Of a stretch of DNA of 57,256 nt, positions 24,515-34,724 are shown one piece after another. Both the position numbers and the translations under genes were made by a program. Location of the stretch: positions 1 to 57,256 of the IMG/VR virus record IMGVR_UViG_3300025294_000007. One strand, 5' to 3'. Under the pieces are notes generated by a model, which was given only the letters and a program-made list of their open reading frames with translations, did not search any database and was not told where the DNA came from. Each line of letters starts with the position of its first letter. Within the stretch, counting starts at the first letter, position 1. This stretch comes from a virus.

Positions 24515-26596
24515 TTAAACTTGACACGCTAGACAAGTATCTGCGCCTGTATCTTTTGTTCGTGCATAGTAAAGCGTCTTAATCCCTTTGTGATGAGCAT
24601 ATAAATCAATCTTTGTTAAATCGCGTGTTGTCATTGTGTCACGTAAGAATAACGTAAAACTTATACCTTGATCTACATGGCGTTGAATAGTTGCAATTAA
24701 ATCGACAACTTTTCGCATATCCATTTCATATGCTTCTTTGTAATAAGCCCATGTTTTATAGGATAGGTTAGGCATAGGATAGTAAGTTTTCGAGTTTCCG
24801 TAAGTTCGTTCCTCAATACGCTCCATAATCGGCATAACGCTCGCTGTCGCTGATTGTACATAGCTTATTGAACCTGTTGGAGCAATAGCGAGGCGATAGG
24901 CATTGTATAAGCCATATTTAGCTACATCGGCTACTAGTTCTCGCCAGTCGTCGATCGTTGGTAGCTCGATGCCGTCAAATAAAGATTTAATATACTCGTC
25001 TTTAGGTAAATGACTATTGTTTACGTAGTCCAAAAAGTAACTGCCATTTGCATAACTTGATTTTTCAAACCCTATAAATACAGTTTCTTTTTGTTTAGCT
25101 AACCCCATAGAACGTTTAATAGAATAATAGTTGACGGCTGCAAAGAATACATTTGCAAATTCCATTGCTTGTGGGCTTTCATAGTTAATTCCTACACTTG
25201 CTAGATAGCCATGTAAGTTCATAGCACCTAAACCAATCGAGTGCATTTCCTGATTAGCCTTTGAAACAGCTGGAGCATTAGCGATAATAGTTGACTCTGA
25301 CACAACTGTTAATGCATCCGTAGCTAAAGATACTGCACGATCCATGTCTTTTAATCGCATGATATTAGCAATATTTAAAGATCCTAAGTTACATGAAATA
25401 TCTAAACCAATTTCATCAGATTGTCCGTAATCTGTATACGTAGATTGCTCTGATAGTTGCAAAATTTCGCTACATAAATTCGAAAATTTAACAGTGCCAT
25501 CTAACGCATGAACATTGTTCACATTGTCGCTAAACATGATATACGGATACCCAGACTCAAAGCGAAGTGCAGCAATCTTTTCAAGCAATTGGCGTGGATT
25601 AATTCGGTCTTTTCGAATCGTAGGATTCGCCACTAATTCATCATAACGTCTGGATATATCTATGTTTGAGAAACGTTCTCCTGTTGCCATCTCTACAGTA
25701 TGCGGGTAGAACACATAAGCCGGCTTATTCTCTCGGGCAAGTTCGATAAACTTATCTGGAATAACGACGCCAATGGATAGCGTTTTTACTCGTACATCTT
25801 CATCAGCACTAATTTTTTTTGTATCAAGAAAATCATTAATGTCTGCGTGAAAGACGTTTAAATAAGCTGCTCCAGCCCCAGGGCGTTGTCCCATTTGGTC
25901 CGCATAACGAAAAGCATGATCAAGCATCTTCATAACGCCTACGACGCCTTTAGCAACGTTTTTAATACCTTTAATGGATTCACCTTTTGCACGGATATTG
26001 GAAAGGTTTAATGATACGCCACCGCCTAATTTTGAAAGCTGTTTTGCAGTTGATTCTGCCATGTTAATATCGTTTAAACTGTCGCCTACTTCCGTTAAGA
26101 AACACGACACTAATTCGCCCCTACGTTTACGTCCGACATTTAAAAATGTTGGTGTAGCCGGTTGATACTCTTGTTCGATTAGCAAGTCTGCATAATCAAG
26201 CGCCTTTTGCGGATCACCTTTCGCAAAGAATAAAGCATTTACTGCTATACGATCTTCATAGCGTTCCAAGATACATTCTCCATCGTCCGTCTTTAAAGCA
26301 TAGTCATTATAAAACTTGTATGCTGACATAAAAGAAGGAAAACGAAATTTCTTCGCATAAGCACGCTTGTAAACTGCTTTTACCTGTTCAAATGTGTATT
26401 GATCGAATAACTCTTGTTCGTAATAGTTATTTTCAAATAAGTAGTTAAGTTTTTCATGTAAGTTATGAAAAAACATGGTCTTTTTATTGACGTAATCCAA
26501 AAAGTAAGCGCGAGTTGCTTCCTGATCTTTTTCGTATTGGTAAATGTCTTTATCACCTTGCAGCATTATCTCATTATTTAATTCGTAGTATCGCAA
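24515..26596 (-). CDS. nrdE: Class Ib ribonucleotide reductase alpha subunit
   Basis: 693 aa. Contains ..NLCSEI.. and a C-terminal ..CLACQV redox pair. Confidence 0.9.
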   Translation of the reverse strand: MRYYELNNEIMLQGDKDIYQYEKDQEATRAYFLDYVNKKTMFFHNLHEKLNYLFENNYYEQELFDQYTFEQVKAVYKRAYAKKFRFPSFMSAYKFYNDYALKTDDGECILERYEDRIAVNALFFAKGDPQKALDYADLLIEQEYQPATPTFLNVGRKRRGELVSCFLTEVGDSLNDINMAESTAKQLSKLGGGVSLNLSNIRAKGESIKGIKNVAKGVVGVMKMLDHAFRYADQMGQRPGAGAAYLNVFHADINDFLDTKKISADEDVRVKTLSIGVVIPDKFIELARENKPAYVFYPHTVEMATGERFSNIDISRRYDELVANPTIRKDRINPRQLLEKIAALRFESGYPYIMFSDNVNNVHALDGTVKFSNLCSEILQLSEQSTYTDYGQSDEIGLDISCNLGSLNIANIMRLKDMDRAVSLATDALTVVSESTIIANAPAVSKANQEMHSIGLGAMNLHGYLASVGINYESPQAMEFANVFFAAVNYYSIKRSMGLAKQKETVFIGFEKSSYANGSYFLDYVNNSHLPKDEYIKSLFDGIELPTIDDWRELVADVAKYGLYNAYRLAIAPTGSISYVQSATASVMPIMERIEERTYGNSKTYYPMPNLSYKTWAYYKEAYEMDMRKVVDLIATIQRHVDQGISFTLFLRDTMTTRDLTKIDLYAHHKGIKTLYYARTKDTGADTCLACQV

Positions 26597-26940
26597 ACCA
26601 TCGACATCCTCTCGTTAAAAATTAGCACATCTTCATCTGTACCTGCCAGCTCGAATTTCTGCAGTAGAGGTACACCATATTCCTGTGCTATTAAGTCGCC
26701 AGCTTTACCGTAATTAACTCCCCAGTTACGATTACCACTAACGGCTACAGCACGCATTAAATGTCCGTTATTTCGCAGCCATTTCTTGACCTCTATTGGT
26801 ACTTCACCAAAGCCAAATGTATAAGTAATTAATACATAAGGCTCTGATGCGTTTTCTTCACGAATGCACTTCGCTTCAATATTTAGCTTTTCAACAAACC
26901 GCTGTACATTTCCAGTCAGACTCGCGTAATAAATTAGCAT
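26578..26940 (-). CDS. nrdI: NrdI flavodoxin-like protein
   Basis: MLIYYASLTGNVQRFV N-terminus, 120 aa, overlaps nrdE. Confidence 0.8.
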   Translation of the reverse strand: MLIYYASLTGNVQRFVEKLNIEAKCIREENASEPYVLITYTFGFGEVPIEVKKWLRNNGHLMRAVAVSGNRNWGVNYGKAGDLIAQEYGVPLLQKFELAGTDEDVLIFNERMSMVCDTTN

Positions 26941-27242
26941 TTATCGTCGCCCTTACTCTTGTTAGCCCCTACAAATGCAACACCTAAAATTGCAGTGATT
27001 AGTGTTAACAATCCGAAGACTTTTGGCAGGTCATCTTCTCTTACATTAGTTAATCCTAGTGCATTGAACGCTTGTACAACGTAATCACCTGTAAAGGCCT
27101 CTAGCACATAACCGAACCCCATGCCGACTAATAGTGCCAGCAATGGCAATACTGCAAAAGAAATAATCAGAAGAAATACTATTAGAATAAATGCTAGAGT
27201 ACTAGCAACAAATCCCATATTTTTACGTTTGTTTTGCGTCAT
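26934..27242 (-). CDS. Membrane protein with 2-3 TM helices, 102 aa
   Basis: Hydrophobic helices only. Confidence 0.45.
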   Translation of the reverse strand: MTQNKRKNMGFVASTLAFILIVFLLIISFAVLPLLALLVGMGFGYVLEAFTGDYVVQAFNALGLTNVREDDLPKVFGLLTLITAILGVAFVGANKSKGDDKC

Positions 27243-27740
27243 TTAATCAATTACACCCTTTCGTTTTAAGTAAACAATGCCAACCGCGATTGAATCAGAA
27301 ATATCTCCGCCTTTATTGTTGCGTAATTCGTCAATTCCGAAGTATTTCTTAACGGCTAACTCTACGTTTTCCTTCTTCATTCCGTCTTTTCCGGTAACTC
27401 CTGTAACTTCTCGTGCCCATTTCTTAACTGACGCAATATTGATTGGCTCTAGCTGGTAATCAGCGAGGCTAAACTCGATAACTCCCCGCGCTTTTGCAAT
27501 CTGCTTAGTTGCGGTATTAAAGCGAACAATGCCGTCCTCAATTGGAATAACCGAGCCAATATCAGGATACTTTCCGAGAATTGCGAGAATCCCCGAATGT
27601 AACTCTCGTAATCGCTCTCCATCACTCAACTTTGCGTTAGTTTTAATTAAACCGTAACTAACTACTGTTGCTTTTCTTTCATGAACAGACAAGACCACCC
27701 ACCCTGACTTTGTTAGCGAGGTATCTAGCGCAAGTATCAT
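27243..27740 (-). CDS. RuvC-like Holliday junction resolvase, 165 aa
   Basis: N-terminal MILALDTSLTKSGWVVL, plus size. Confidence 0.65.
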   Translation of the reverse strand: MILALDTSLTKSGWVVLSVHERKATVVSYGLIKTNAKLSDGERLRELHSGILAILGKYPDIGSVIPIEDGIVRFNTATKQIAKARGVIEFSLADYQLEPINIASVKKWAREVTGVTGKDGMKKENVELAVKKYFGIDELRNNKGGDISDSIAVGIVYLKRKGVID

Positions 27741-27742
27741 AA

Positions 27743-28822
27743 TTAAACACCCTCTGCTAAATAGTTTCGTAGATTCGTATGTTCCTGTTTGCCTGCCATG
27801 TTAGACTTTGACATTGTTTTTTCAACTTCAACCAAACGCGTTAATTCAACGTCTGTTAAGACTTTTTTACAGTGAGATTTAAATGGACAAAAACCGCATT
27901 TTGAGGTCATCTCTACGTTCATTCCAGGTATCTCACCGTTATATACTAGCTCAGCTTGTCGTGATAGATCATCAAGCAATTCATTCTTCATTTCATCCGT
28001 AATATAGAAGTACATCGCTCGAAAGTCAGGTAAAGGTTTGCCGTTATGCCAAGTCTTACGTGTTTTAGGTACTGATTTACGTTCTTCATCTGAGAACCAA
28101 GACGGCTTATGCATCGACTCGTACACTACAAAGCCTTCGTTAATTCCGTACACAATCGCTTCTGCAGTTACTTGGCGTAAATGATCGGCTTGCGCTCCGT
28201 TATAATCGAGCTTTCCGTTCATTTCAACGACCCCAGAAGCCTTTGTTTTATATTCAAAGATGAAACGTCGCTCTGGATCATTTGCATAGTTTAGGATTCC
28301 ATCCGGCTTAACTGTAATAGCAAATTTAACACCATTATGCTCAATCACTTGACGTACTTGCATAGCATCCTCCATCGCATAATCGCCATCGGATGTTATT
28401 GCAAAAGTAAATAATGCATCATTTCCTAGTCGCTTTTCCATGTGTGCAATGTCTAATTGTAAGTATTCGATAACTGCGCTACCTACACGGCGTTGACGTC
28501 CTCTAAATGGAATGTCTGGTGTCTTTTCTACTTTAACTTTCGCATTTTTAAAGAAGATTTCACGATCGCATTTGTTCGTTCCTGACGCGCCGAACGTTAC
28601 AAGCCCGTCATTTGGATACGGAGTAAAATTGATATGCCGTAAACGCTGCTCGTAAAAATTCCGAGCTATTTTGTTATCGTGAAAACTAGATGTTGGAGAC
28701 GCATAATAAATGTCAAATTGCGATTGAAATAGCTGTGCTAACTCTGCGCCTTCTTCGTATTTATCCATTAAAAACTGCTTATTGTTGTCGCCATATAAAG
28801 CTGTAAGTGCCTCATTGTTCAA
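27743..28822 (-). CDS. PD-(D/E)XK exonuclease of the Cas4/RecB type with a 4-Cys cluster, 359 aa
   Basis: ..FIFEYKTK.. core. One N-terminal Cys (GTNKCD) plus a C-terminal CGFCPFKSHC. Confidence 0.65.
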   Translation of the reverse strand: MNNEALTALYGDNNKQFLMDKYEEGAELAQLFQSQFDIYYASPTSSFHDNKIARNFYEQRLRHINFTPYPNDGLVTFGASGTNKCDREIFFKNAKVKVEKTPDIPFRGRQRRVGSAVIEYLQLDIAHMEKRLGNDALFTFAITSDGDYAMEDAMQVRQVIEHNGVKFAITVKPDGILNYANDPERRFIFEYKTKASGVVEMNGKLDYNGAQADHLRQVTAEAIVYGINEGFVVYESMHKPSWFSDEERKSVPKTRKTWHNGKPLPDFRAMYFYITDEMKNELLDDLSRQAELVYNGEIPGMNVEMTSKCGFCPFKSHCKKVLTDVELTRLVEVEKTMSKSNMAGKQEHTNLRNYLAEGV

Positions 28823-28823
28823 A

Positions 28824-29111
28824 TTATCGACTCTCCCTTGCTTGTTTTACTGCATCAAATACCTCCGTAATGTTACATATACCGTTAATTCGCGCCATTT
28901 CAATACCGTTTCGTTCAAATATAAGAACTGGAACACTCGTAATTTTATATTTATCGACTAGTTCTGTTTCTTGAGTAATATCATGCTCGATTACTGTTGC
29001 GCCAAGTGCTTCTAATTCCGTCATTTCTTCGGCTAGTGCATACCCTAATACTTGGCACGGTCGGCAATTGGGCTTTGATAGTTTCCTAATCTTAATTTGC
29101 GTTAATCCCAC
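28824..29111 (-). CDS. Thioredoxin/NrdH-like redoxin, 95 aa
   Basis: CRPC active-site motif near the N-terminus. Confidence 0.65.
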   Translation of the reverse strand: MGLTQIKIRKLSKPNCRPCQVLGYALAEEMTELEALGATVIEHDITQETELVDKYKITSVPVLIFERNGIEMARINGICNITEVFDAVKQARESR

Positions 29112-31264
29112 GTTAGTTCCTCCTTGTTATTAAACCATTCATTTACCGACATACCTTCCCCCCAGCGTAAGCTGATTTCAAGGTCGGTTTTATTCGGAAC
29201 ATTTAATTTAACCGTATTTAACATAACTGCTTCAAATTCTGCTACTTCTTCTCGTGTAATGGTATTTGGCACATATACGCCAATTTCATCATGGATACTA
29301 AACGCAGGGAACCAGTTACCTTTTCTCTTACACAGCTTGCTGACTTCGATCATAGTCTTTTTAGTTTGAATAGCAGCGCTGCCCTGTACGTAACTATTCT
29401 TAACTTGTCGTTCTGCTCGCGCCTTTTCCCGATAGTCTCTCGATCTAATCAACGGTACGCGACGTTTGCGATCAAATAACATGCGGATATATCCATGCTT
29501 TTTAGCATGATTTACTAACCCGTTCATGAAGTCACGAACACACGTATATTCTTCATAAAAATCGTCAATGAACGCCTGTGCTTCTTCTTTTGTAATACCT
29601 AGCTGCTTTCCGAGTGTGTATGGACCAGTGCCGTACATAACTGCAAGCATACCTGTTTTCATCATTTTTCGGTATTTCGAACCATCTCCACATTCTTCTG
29701 GCGGTTTCTTAAATAACTTTGACGCAGCCATTGTATATAAGTCTTGGCCTGTAGTATAAATTTCGGTTAAGTACGGTTCTCCACTGGCATGTGTTAATAT
29801 CCGTGGCTCTTGTTGAGAAAAGTCTCCGCTAAGAATGACATAACCTGGTGGCGCAACAAACATCGTCTTGGCAACTGCGGGTAAATTTTGTAGGTTCGGT
29901 TCTCGGCTACTGAAACGCCCTGTATCTGTAGTGTCCTGATTAAATTCGCCATGTACCCGTCCATCTGACTGGACCTGGCGAGGCATACTGTCGAAGTAAG
30001 TGCCGAAAGTTTTTGACGCTGCACGATATTTTAATAACATAGCAACACCGTCATGATGATTAGCGAGTATTTGTAAAGCTGTTTTATCAGTTGAATAATA
30101 CCCACTGTCACCACGTTTTAAGTCGGTTTTATTGAGATATTTATCGAGCTTCAGTTGATCGTATAAAAGAGACCTTAATTGCTGAGTACTGTTAAAGTTG
30201 AATTCATTATCTACCTCGAATGACTTTCGCATTTCAATATCAAGGCTATCTAACTTCTTTTTTTCTTCGGTCGCTAATTGTTCAACTCGTTTTTCGTCTA
30301 AATACAATCCTGCTCGTTCCATATCAACCACAACAGAAATTAACGGATTTTCCACTGCCATGTAATACTCATATAACTGCGTTCTCTCTAAATGGTGACG
30401 TTGAAAGTCTCGAAGTTTAATTGTAATGTCCCCATCTTTAGCTGCGTAGGCAAGTGCTAAATCCATTGGTACCTGATGAAAGCCTAGTTTACCGAACAAT
30501 TGACTGTATTTTAACGAAGGTATTCTTAGATATTTCGTTGCCAAGTCTTTTAGTGCCTTACTTTCCTCGTTTTCATTTAGAACATGACAGGCTACTTGTG
30601 TATCAAATACGAGTCCTTGTAAATCAACGCCCTCATTTCGCAACATGTGAATATCAAACTTTGCGTTGTGCGCGATTTTACCGAGTGATTCATTTTCATA
30701 ATAAGGCTTTAATTTCTGTATGACGTAATCATGGTCAAGTTGTTGAAAATCTGTCTCATGTTTAGTCGGTATATAAACATGAATGTTTGCTTTAACTGCT
30801 GAAATTACTTGCCCTACAATAAAGTCTTTGTAAACGTCTGTGCCAGTTGTCTCTACGTCAAAACATATTTCCATTTCATTATCCAACAGCTTGCATAATT
30901 CATCTAATTGATCCGAAGTTGTAACTAACCAGTAATTATCTGGAGTTTGCTCAATCATTTCTTGTCTAATTTGATTGATTCTCTCCTGTTGTAATGTAGC
31001 ATATAAGCGTAAAGCCTCCGCCTTGCTAAATCGTTTACCAGCACTGGATTCTTCACGACCAACTATTCCAGCAGCCATTGCTCCTTTTACTTCGTATAAC
31101 TTGCGCAAATCAGCATTACTATTTTTCATAGATAGAATTCGAACCCATGCTTCTTCGATTGTTTCATTTGCGCTAGCCTTACGTTTACTTGCATCCTTTA
31201 ATGCAGTCGAGGAGGACGTTTGTTTTGACATATTCAATTGAATTTTTAATTGCATCGTCATCAT
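29102..31264 (-). CDS. Family A DNA polymerase with a 3'-5' exonuclease domain, 720 aa
   Basis: Exo I FDVETTG; Pol motif A DFSQQEPR; motif B KTGMLAVMYG; motif C SIHDEI. Confidence 0.9.
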   Translation of the reverse strand: MMTMQLKIQLNMSKQTSSSTALKDASKRKASANETIEEAWVRILSMKNSNADLRKLYEVKGAMAAGIVGREESSAGKRFSKAEALRLYATLQQERINQIRQEMIEQTPDNYWLVTTSDQLDELCKLLDNEMEICFDVETTGTDVYKDFIVGQVISAVKANIHVYIPTKHETDFQQLDHDYVIQKLKPYYENESLGKIAHNAKFDIHMLRNEGVDLQGLVFDTQVACHVLNENEESKALKDLATKYLRIPSLKYSQLFGKLGFHQVPMDLALAYAAKDGDITIKLRDFQRHHLERTQLYEYYMAVENPLISVVVDMERAGLYLDEKRVEQLATEEKKKLDSLDIEMRKSFEVDNEFNFNSTQQLRSLLYDQLKLDKYLNKTDLKRGDSGYYSTDKTALQILANHHDGVAMLLKYRAASKTFGTYFDSMPRQVQSDGRVHGEFNQDTTDTGRFSSREPNLQNLPAVAKTMFVAPPGYVILSGDFSQQEPRILTHASGEPYLTEIYTTGQDLYTMAASKLFKKPPEECGDGSKYRKMMKTGMLAVMYGTGPYTLGKQLGITKEEAQAFIDDFYEEYTCVRDFMNGLVNHAKKHGYIRMLFDRKRRVPLIRSRDYREKARAERQVKNSYVQGSAAIQTKKTMIEVSKLCKRKGNWFPAFSIHDEIGVYVPNTITREEVAEFEAVMLNTVKLNVPNKTDLEISLRWGEGMSVNEWFNNKEELTWD

Positions 31265-31270
31265 CTCTCC

Positions 31271-31666
31271 TTACGCATTTTCAGAGATTTTAAGAGGCAG
31301 ATACCGCCATTTTTTTGATACATCGGCTGACTTACACCAATACTCACTTATAACACGATTTTCAGTTAAATAAACGTGTTCCCCAATTACACCGATAAAT
31401 GAATCACAGTCCGTTAAGTCGTATACCTGACCACTGTTTTTTAAACCGCGAATTACGTAGTATAGGACGTCATCTTTTTCTCGTTGTTTAATCGTTTTAA
31501 CTTGTATACGTTGCGTCTTACCAGCCTTTATTGCTAATAAGTCATGTGCTTCTGGTGTGGTGGTTTCATGAACCACCCAACCGTCAGCAATTAACGCAGC
31601 CATTGCTAGTAGTTCCGAATGTCTGCCGATGCTAGAAGTAGAAAGTCGGCTGTTTTTCTGCGTCAT
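31271..31666 (-). CDS. Small PD-(D/E)XK endonuclease (Hjc / group-I-intron-endonuclease-like), 131 aa
   Basis: GRHSELLAMAALIADGWVV...HDLLAI...RIQVKT. Confidence 0.55.
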   Translation of the reverse strand: MTQKNSRLSTSSIGRHSELLAMAALIADGWVVHETTTPEAHDLLAIKAGKTQRIQVKTIKQREKDDVLYYVIRGLKNSGQVYDLTDCDSFIGVIGEHVYLTENRVISEYWCKSADVSKKWRYLPLKISENA

Positions 31667-31684
31667 TTACGTCACTTCCTTGTA

Positions 31685-32413
31685 CTAGAATGGCAATGGC
31701 TCATCGTCAGCATTTTCATTTCGCGTCGAAGATACGTTGTCATAACCTACTAAACTTACGTCAAAGCCTGCTTGTTTTAGTAATTCAATCATTTGTGCTT
31801 CATTTTGTTCGTACCAGATACCGTTAAATACAGTTTGGTCAAACTCTGTTGGTGCTTTATCGAAGTTAGCACGTTGTTTTTCTGTTAAATCTTCTAAATC
31901 GAGTGGCGATAACATAACACTTGTCGATGTGCCTGATCCAACTTTTTCGAGTTCAAATCCTTTTTTACCGAGCTTGCTCTCGTTTTTACTGATAACTGTT
32001 GCAATAGACTGTGCCTGCTTTTTAGATAGATCAACGATAATGTATTCGCCTTTATCTAGATCAAAGAACGCCATTGCAAATCGTTGTTTAGCACGATATT
32101 TACTTGCTTCTTGACCGTGTTCGTCGTTAAAATCTTTAGATTTATCCTTGTGGTACTTGTACGCTTTATCCCACGGAGTTAAGTTATCCGTAGGGAATCC
32201 GTTAGGCGTTTTGATAGAAGGTTCTTTCGCCACAAACGAATTCACTTGCTTGAAAATACCGTAGCTGTACGCCATTTGTACGGCTGCTTTGTCAATAACA
32301 CGAACAATGAACTTACTGCCAGATTTTATCGAAGTAAATTCTCGGTTATTACTTGATTCGTTGTTAGAGTTTAATGCTGCCAAAGCGTCTGCACCTGTTG
32401 TAAAGTTTGTCAT
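31685..32413 (-). CDS. T7 gp2.5-like single-stranded DNA-binding protein, 242 aa
   Basis: Size, location beside the polymerase gene, and an acidic C-terminal tail ending in an aromatic residue (..NENADDEPLPF). Confidence 0.55.
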   Translation of the reverse strand: MTNFTTGADALAALNSNNESSNNREFTSIKSGSKFIVRVIDKAAVQMAYSYGIFKQVNSFVAKEPSIKTPNGFPTDNLTPWDKAYKYHKDKSKDFNDEHGQEASKYRAKQRFAMAFFDLDKGEYIIVDLSKKQAQSIATVISKNESKLGKKGFELEKVGSGTSTSVMLSPLDLEDLTEKQRANFDKAPTEFDQTVFNGIWYEQNEAQMIELLKQAGFDVSLVGYDNVSSTRNENADDEPLPF

Positions 32414-32466
32414 TAAAGCATCGTCCCCTTTTCATTGGTTTTAGTTTTTTTGAACAGTGAATGTCA

Positions 32467-32540
32467 CCGTCCGTTAATGTACCGAAGGCAGTAAAGGAAA
32501 GGAAGGAGGGCGAATATTCCTTCGATACATTAACGAACGG
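32467..32540 (-). promoter_or_regulatory. 22-bp stem / 30-nt loop RNA hairpin in the leader of the SSB-polymerase operon
   Basis: Arms at 32467..32488 and 32519..32540. The two mismatches are C.A on the plus strand but G.U on the minus (sense) transcript. Confidence 0.6.
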
Positions 32541-32589
32541 GCAGACGCTAGCTGCCTGCCAAACTTTTAACGTTACACTAGCGTTAATT

Positions 32590-32757
32590 TCACATAAGTT
32601 TAATGACTTTTAAAAAGTCAATGTTATCTGCATCATCCTCGTATTTTGGCAGACATCCGTGATAGTCAAAATACGTTTGTGAAATATATGCAGAATTATT
32701 AAAACGAGTAATATTTACCTGAGAAATATCCTCACATTCGGCGTAGAATAGTACCAT
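32590..32757 (-). CDS. Small acidic protein, 55 aa (below the ORF-track cutoff)
   Basis: ATG 32757 follows GGAGAGTGAGCGAAA. Sequence begins MVLFYAECEDISQVN. Confidence 0.4.
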   Translation of the reverse strand: MVLFYAECEDISQVNITRFNNSAYISQTYFDYHGCLPKYEDDADNIDFLKVIKLM

Positions 32758-33007
32758 TTTCGCTCACTCTCCATAGGTTTTTAAGCATTTCGTGTTTAAA
32801 AATAACGAACTCATGCTATAATTCCTTTAAAGGCGGTTGACTATAGGCAATAAAATTAATAATTGCATAAATACCGCCATCGTTTAATTAACTTTTAAAA
32901 GGAATACATACGACGTAATTAAACACGCCTGTATGTCGCTTGGTTAAGCGTGACTGACACTTCCGTTTCTGAGGCGTGTGTCCGTCAAGATTACTACAAT
33001 TTGATAG

Positions 33008-33568
33008 TCATGCGTGTTTGATTAAGAGGTTGTTTGCAACACACTCTTTTTCTAAACGACCCTGACACTTCGTTCTATAACGTTGGACCCAAATACGGAG
33101 ACTGCGAGAATTGCCTCCAAAACGGAGCGCCAACTCCTTGGCAATATCGCTGTCAGATTTTTTGTCAATCCAAGCGTTGAGAACAAATTTTTCCAAGTCC
33201 GTAGCCGCCAAGCTGCGGATTTTTTCGTTTAATGAGGATTTTTCTATCACCGACTCCTCGACGCCCGCCAAAGCATCTCTCGGTTCAAACTTTAACGATT
33301 CGCCAAAATCGTTTTTACTTACTATCGAGTCAAATGACACTGCATTTTGTTTTCTGTACTGATTCATTGCCAGTTTTATTTCTCTGTTAACCAACCGACA
33401 TGCGTGTCTATATCCACTCTTTCCAGTCGCATAGTATGCTGCTAATTGTGAGTAGATACGCCTTTCCAACTTGCAAGTATTGGTTATTATATGTGAAATC
33501 TCACTAACCTTCTGTTGGACATATGTCATAATAGATCTATCTCGATATACAATTGTTAGTTCTTGCAT
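33008..33568 (-). CDS. Sigma-factor-like protein (ECF/Xpf-like), 186 aa
   Basis: C-terminal region-4-like LEKFVLNAWIDKKSDSDIAKELALRFGGNSRSLRIWVQRYR. Confidence 0.5.
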   Translation of the reverse strand: MQELTIVYRDRSIMTYVQQKVSEISHIITNTCKLERRIYSQLAAYYATGKSGYRHACRLVNREIKLAMNQYRKQNAVSFDSIVSKNDFGESLKFEPRDALAGVEESVIEKSSLNEKIRSLAATDLEKFVLNAWIDKKSDSDIAKELALRFGGNSRSLRIWVQRYRTKCQGRLEKECVANNLLIKHA

Positions 33569-33740
33569 TTTGTTCCTCCTTGTACTCTTACCTTATACTA
33601 TATAAAGCACACTAACGCACCCTTGTTTGCAACAATTACTGGGATATTTTTTAAATAAATTACTAAAATGTGAATCTAAGTTATTATTGGAAACGTATCC
33701 ATGCACGTATTAGATAAATTGTGTACGTACTTACCTGTCT

Positions 33741-34724
33741 CTATTGACCAAATAGTTGAACATGTAGATGATTGATTATATTGGCACTGTCAGCTAAGGC
33801 ATGTAAGGCATTATCTCCTTTCGCTAGTAAAAGATCGTTTGCATCTTTAAACGGACAATTACGCCACTGTATGACGGCTAAGTCACGCCCTTTTAACGCT
33901 TGTACAATCTGCTCGTTAAATCTAAATCCAGCCTTATCGTTATCTCCCGCAACTACTAACCTTTTAAACGGAAGTCTACGAATTATATCAACTTGTTGTT
34001 TTGTAAATGATACACCTCCGATTGCGACAGCATTATATCCTGCGACACGCCACGACAAAGCGTCTATTTCCGCCTCGCAAATAATTAAATCATCATATGA
34101 TTGATTATATAAATCTGCACCAAAAACAAGCTCCCGAATAGGTTTTGCATTACGTTCGTAGAAAAATGTTTTACCCTTTGTAGCGCGATATTTTACGTTG
34201 GACAACTGCCCGTCAGGTGAGTACCAGGGAATGGCAACAAAGCCGTAATGACTGGACTTCCCAACCTTTGCCTCAATCTGTACTTCTAACGAAATTCCGC
34301 GATTGGTTAAATATGGGGATTGTTGTATCTCAATGATGTCACGTTGCAGGTTTCTTTTAAATGGTTCTAAATTGAATCTCGGTAAAACGATCCTTACATC
34401 ACCATCTATCGAAAATTCGCCAGATTTCAATATAAGATAATCTTGCGTTTCCTCATACGTTTCATTACGTAGGAAGGAAAGTAACTTAACTATACCACCT
34501 GACTTCCATTCGTCATCATAAGCACCTGAATCGCCCCATGATCCAGCCGGATACTCTCCATTTTCTTCTAGCAAGACAAAGAAAGAAGGTGAACGATCAT
34601 ATCGAAATGGTGACGCTGCTATAAGCTTATTGCTCGTCCATTTTGCACGATGCCATTCGAATTCTTCTAATTCAGCTCGTATGTCTATTCGAACATCGTG
34701 CCCACGTATTTTTATGTTTACCAA
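33741..34724 (-). CDS. DNA primase (TOPRIM), 327 aa
   Basis: TOPRIM motifs LIICEAEIDALS and VVAGDNDKAG. Confidence 0.75.
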   Translation of the reverse strand: MVNIKIRGHDVRIDIRAELEEFEWHRAKWTSNKLIAASPFRYDRSPSFFVLLEENGEYPAGSWGDSGAYDDEWKSGGIVKLLSFLRNETYEETQDYLILKSGEFSIDGDVRIVLPRFNLEPFKRNLQRDIIEIQQSPYLTNRGISLEVQIEAKVGKSSHYGFVAIPWYSPDGQLSNVKYRATKGKTFFYERNAKPIRELVFGADLYNQSYDDLIICEAEIDALSWRVAGYNAVAIGGVSFTKQQVDIIRRLPFKRLVVAGDNDKAGFRFNEQIVQALKGRDLAVIQWRNCPFKDANDLLLAKGDNALHALADSANIINHLHVQLFGQ

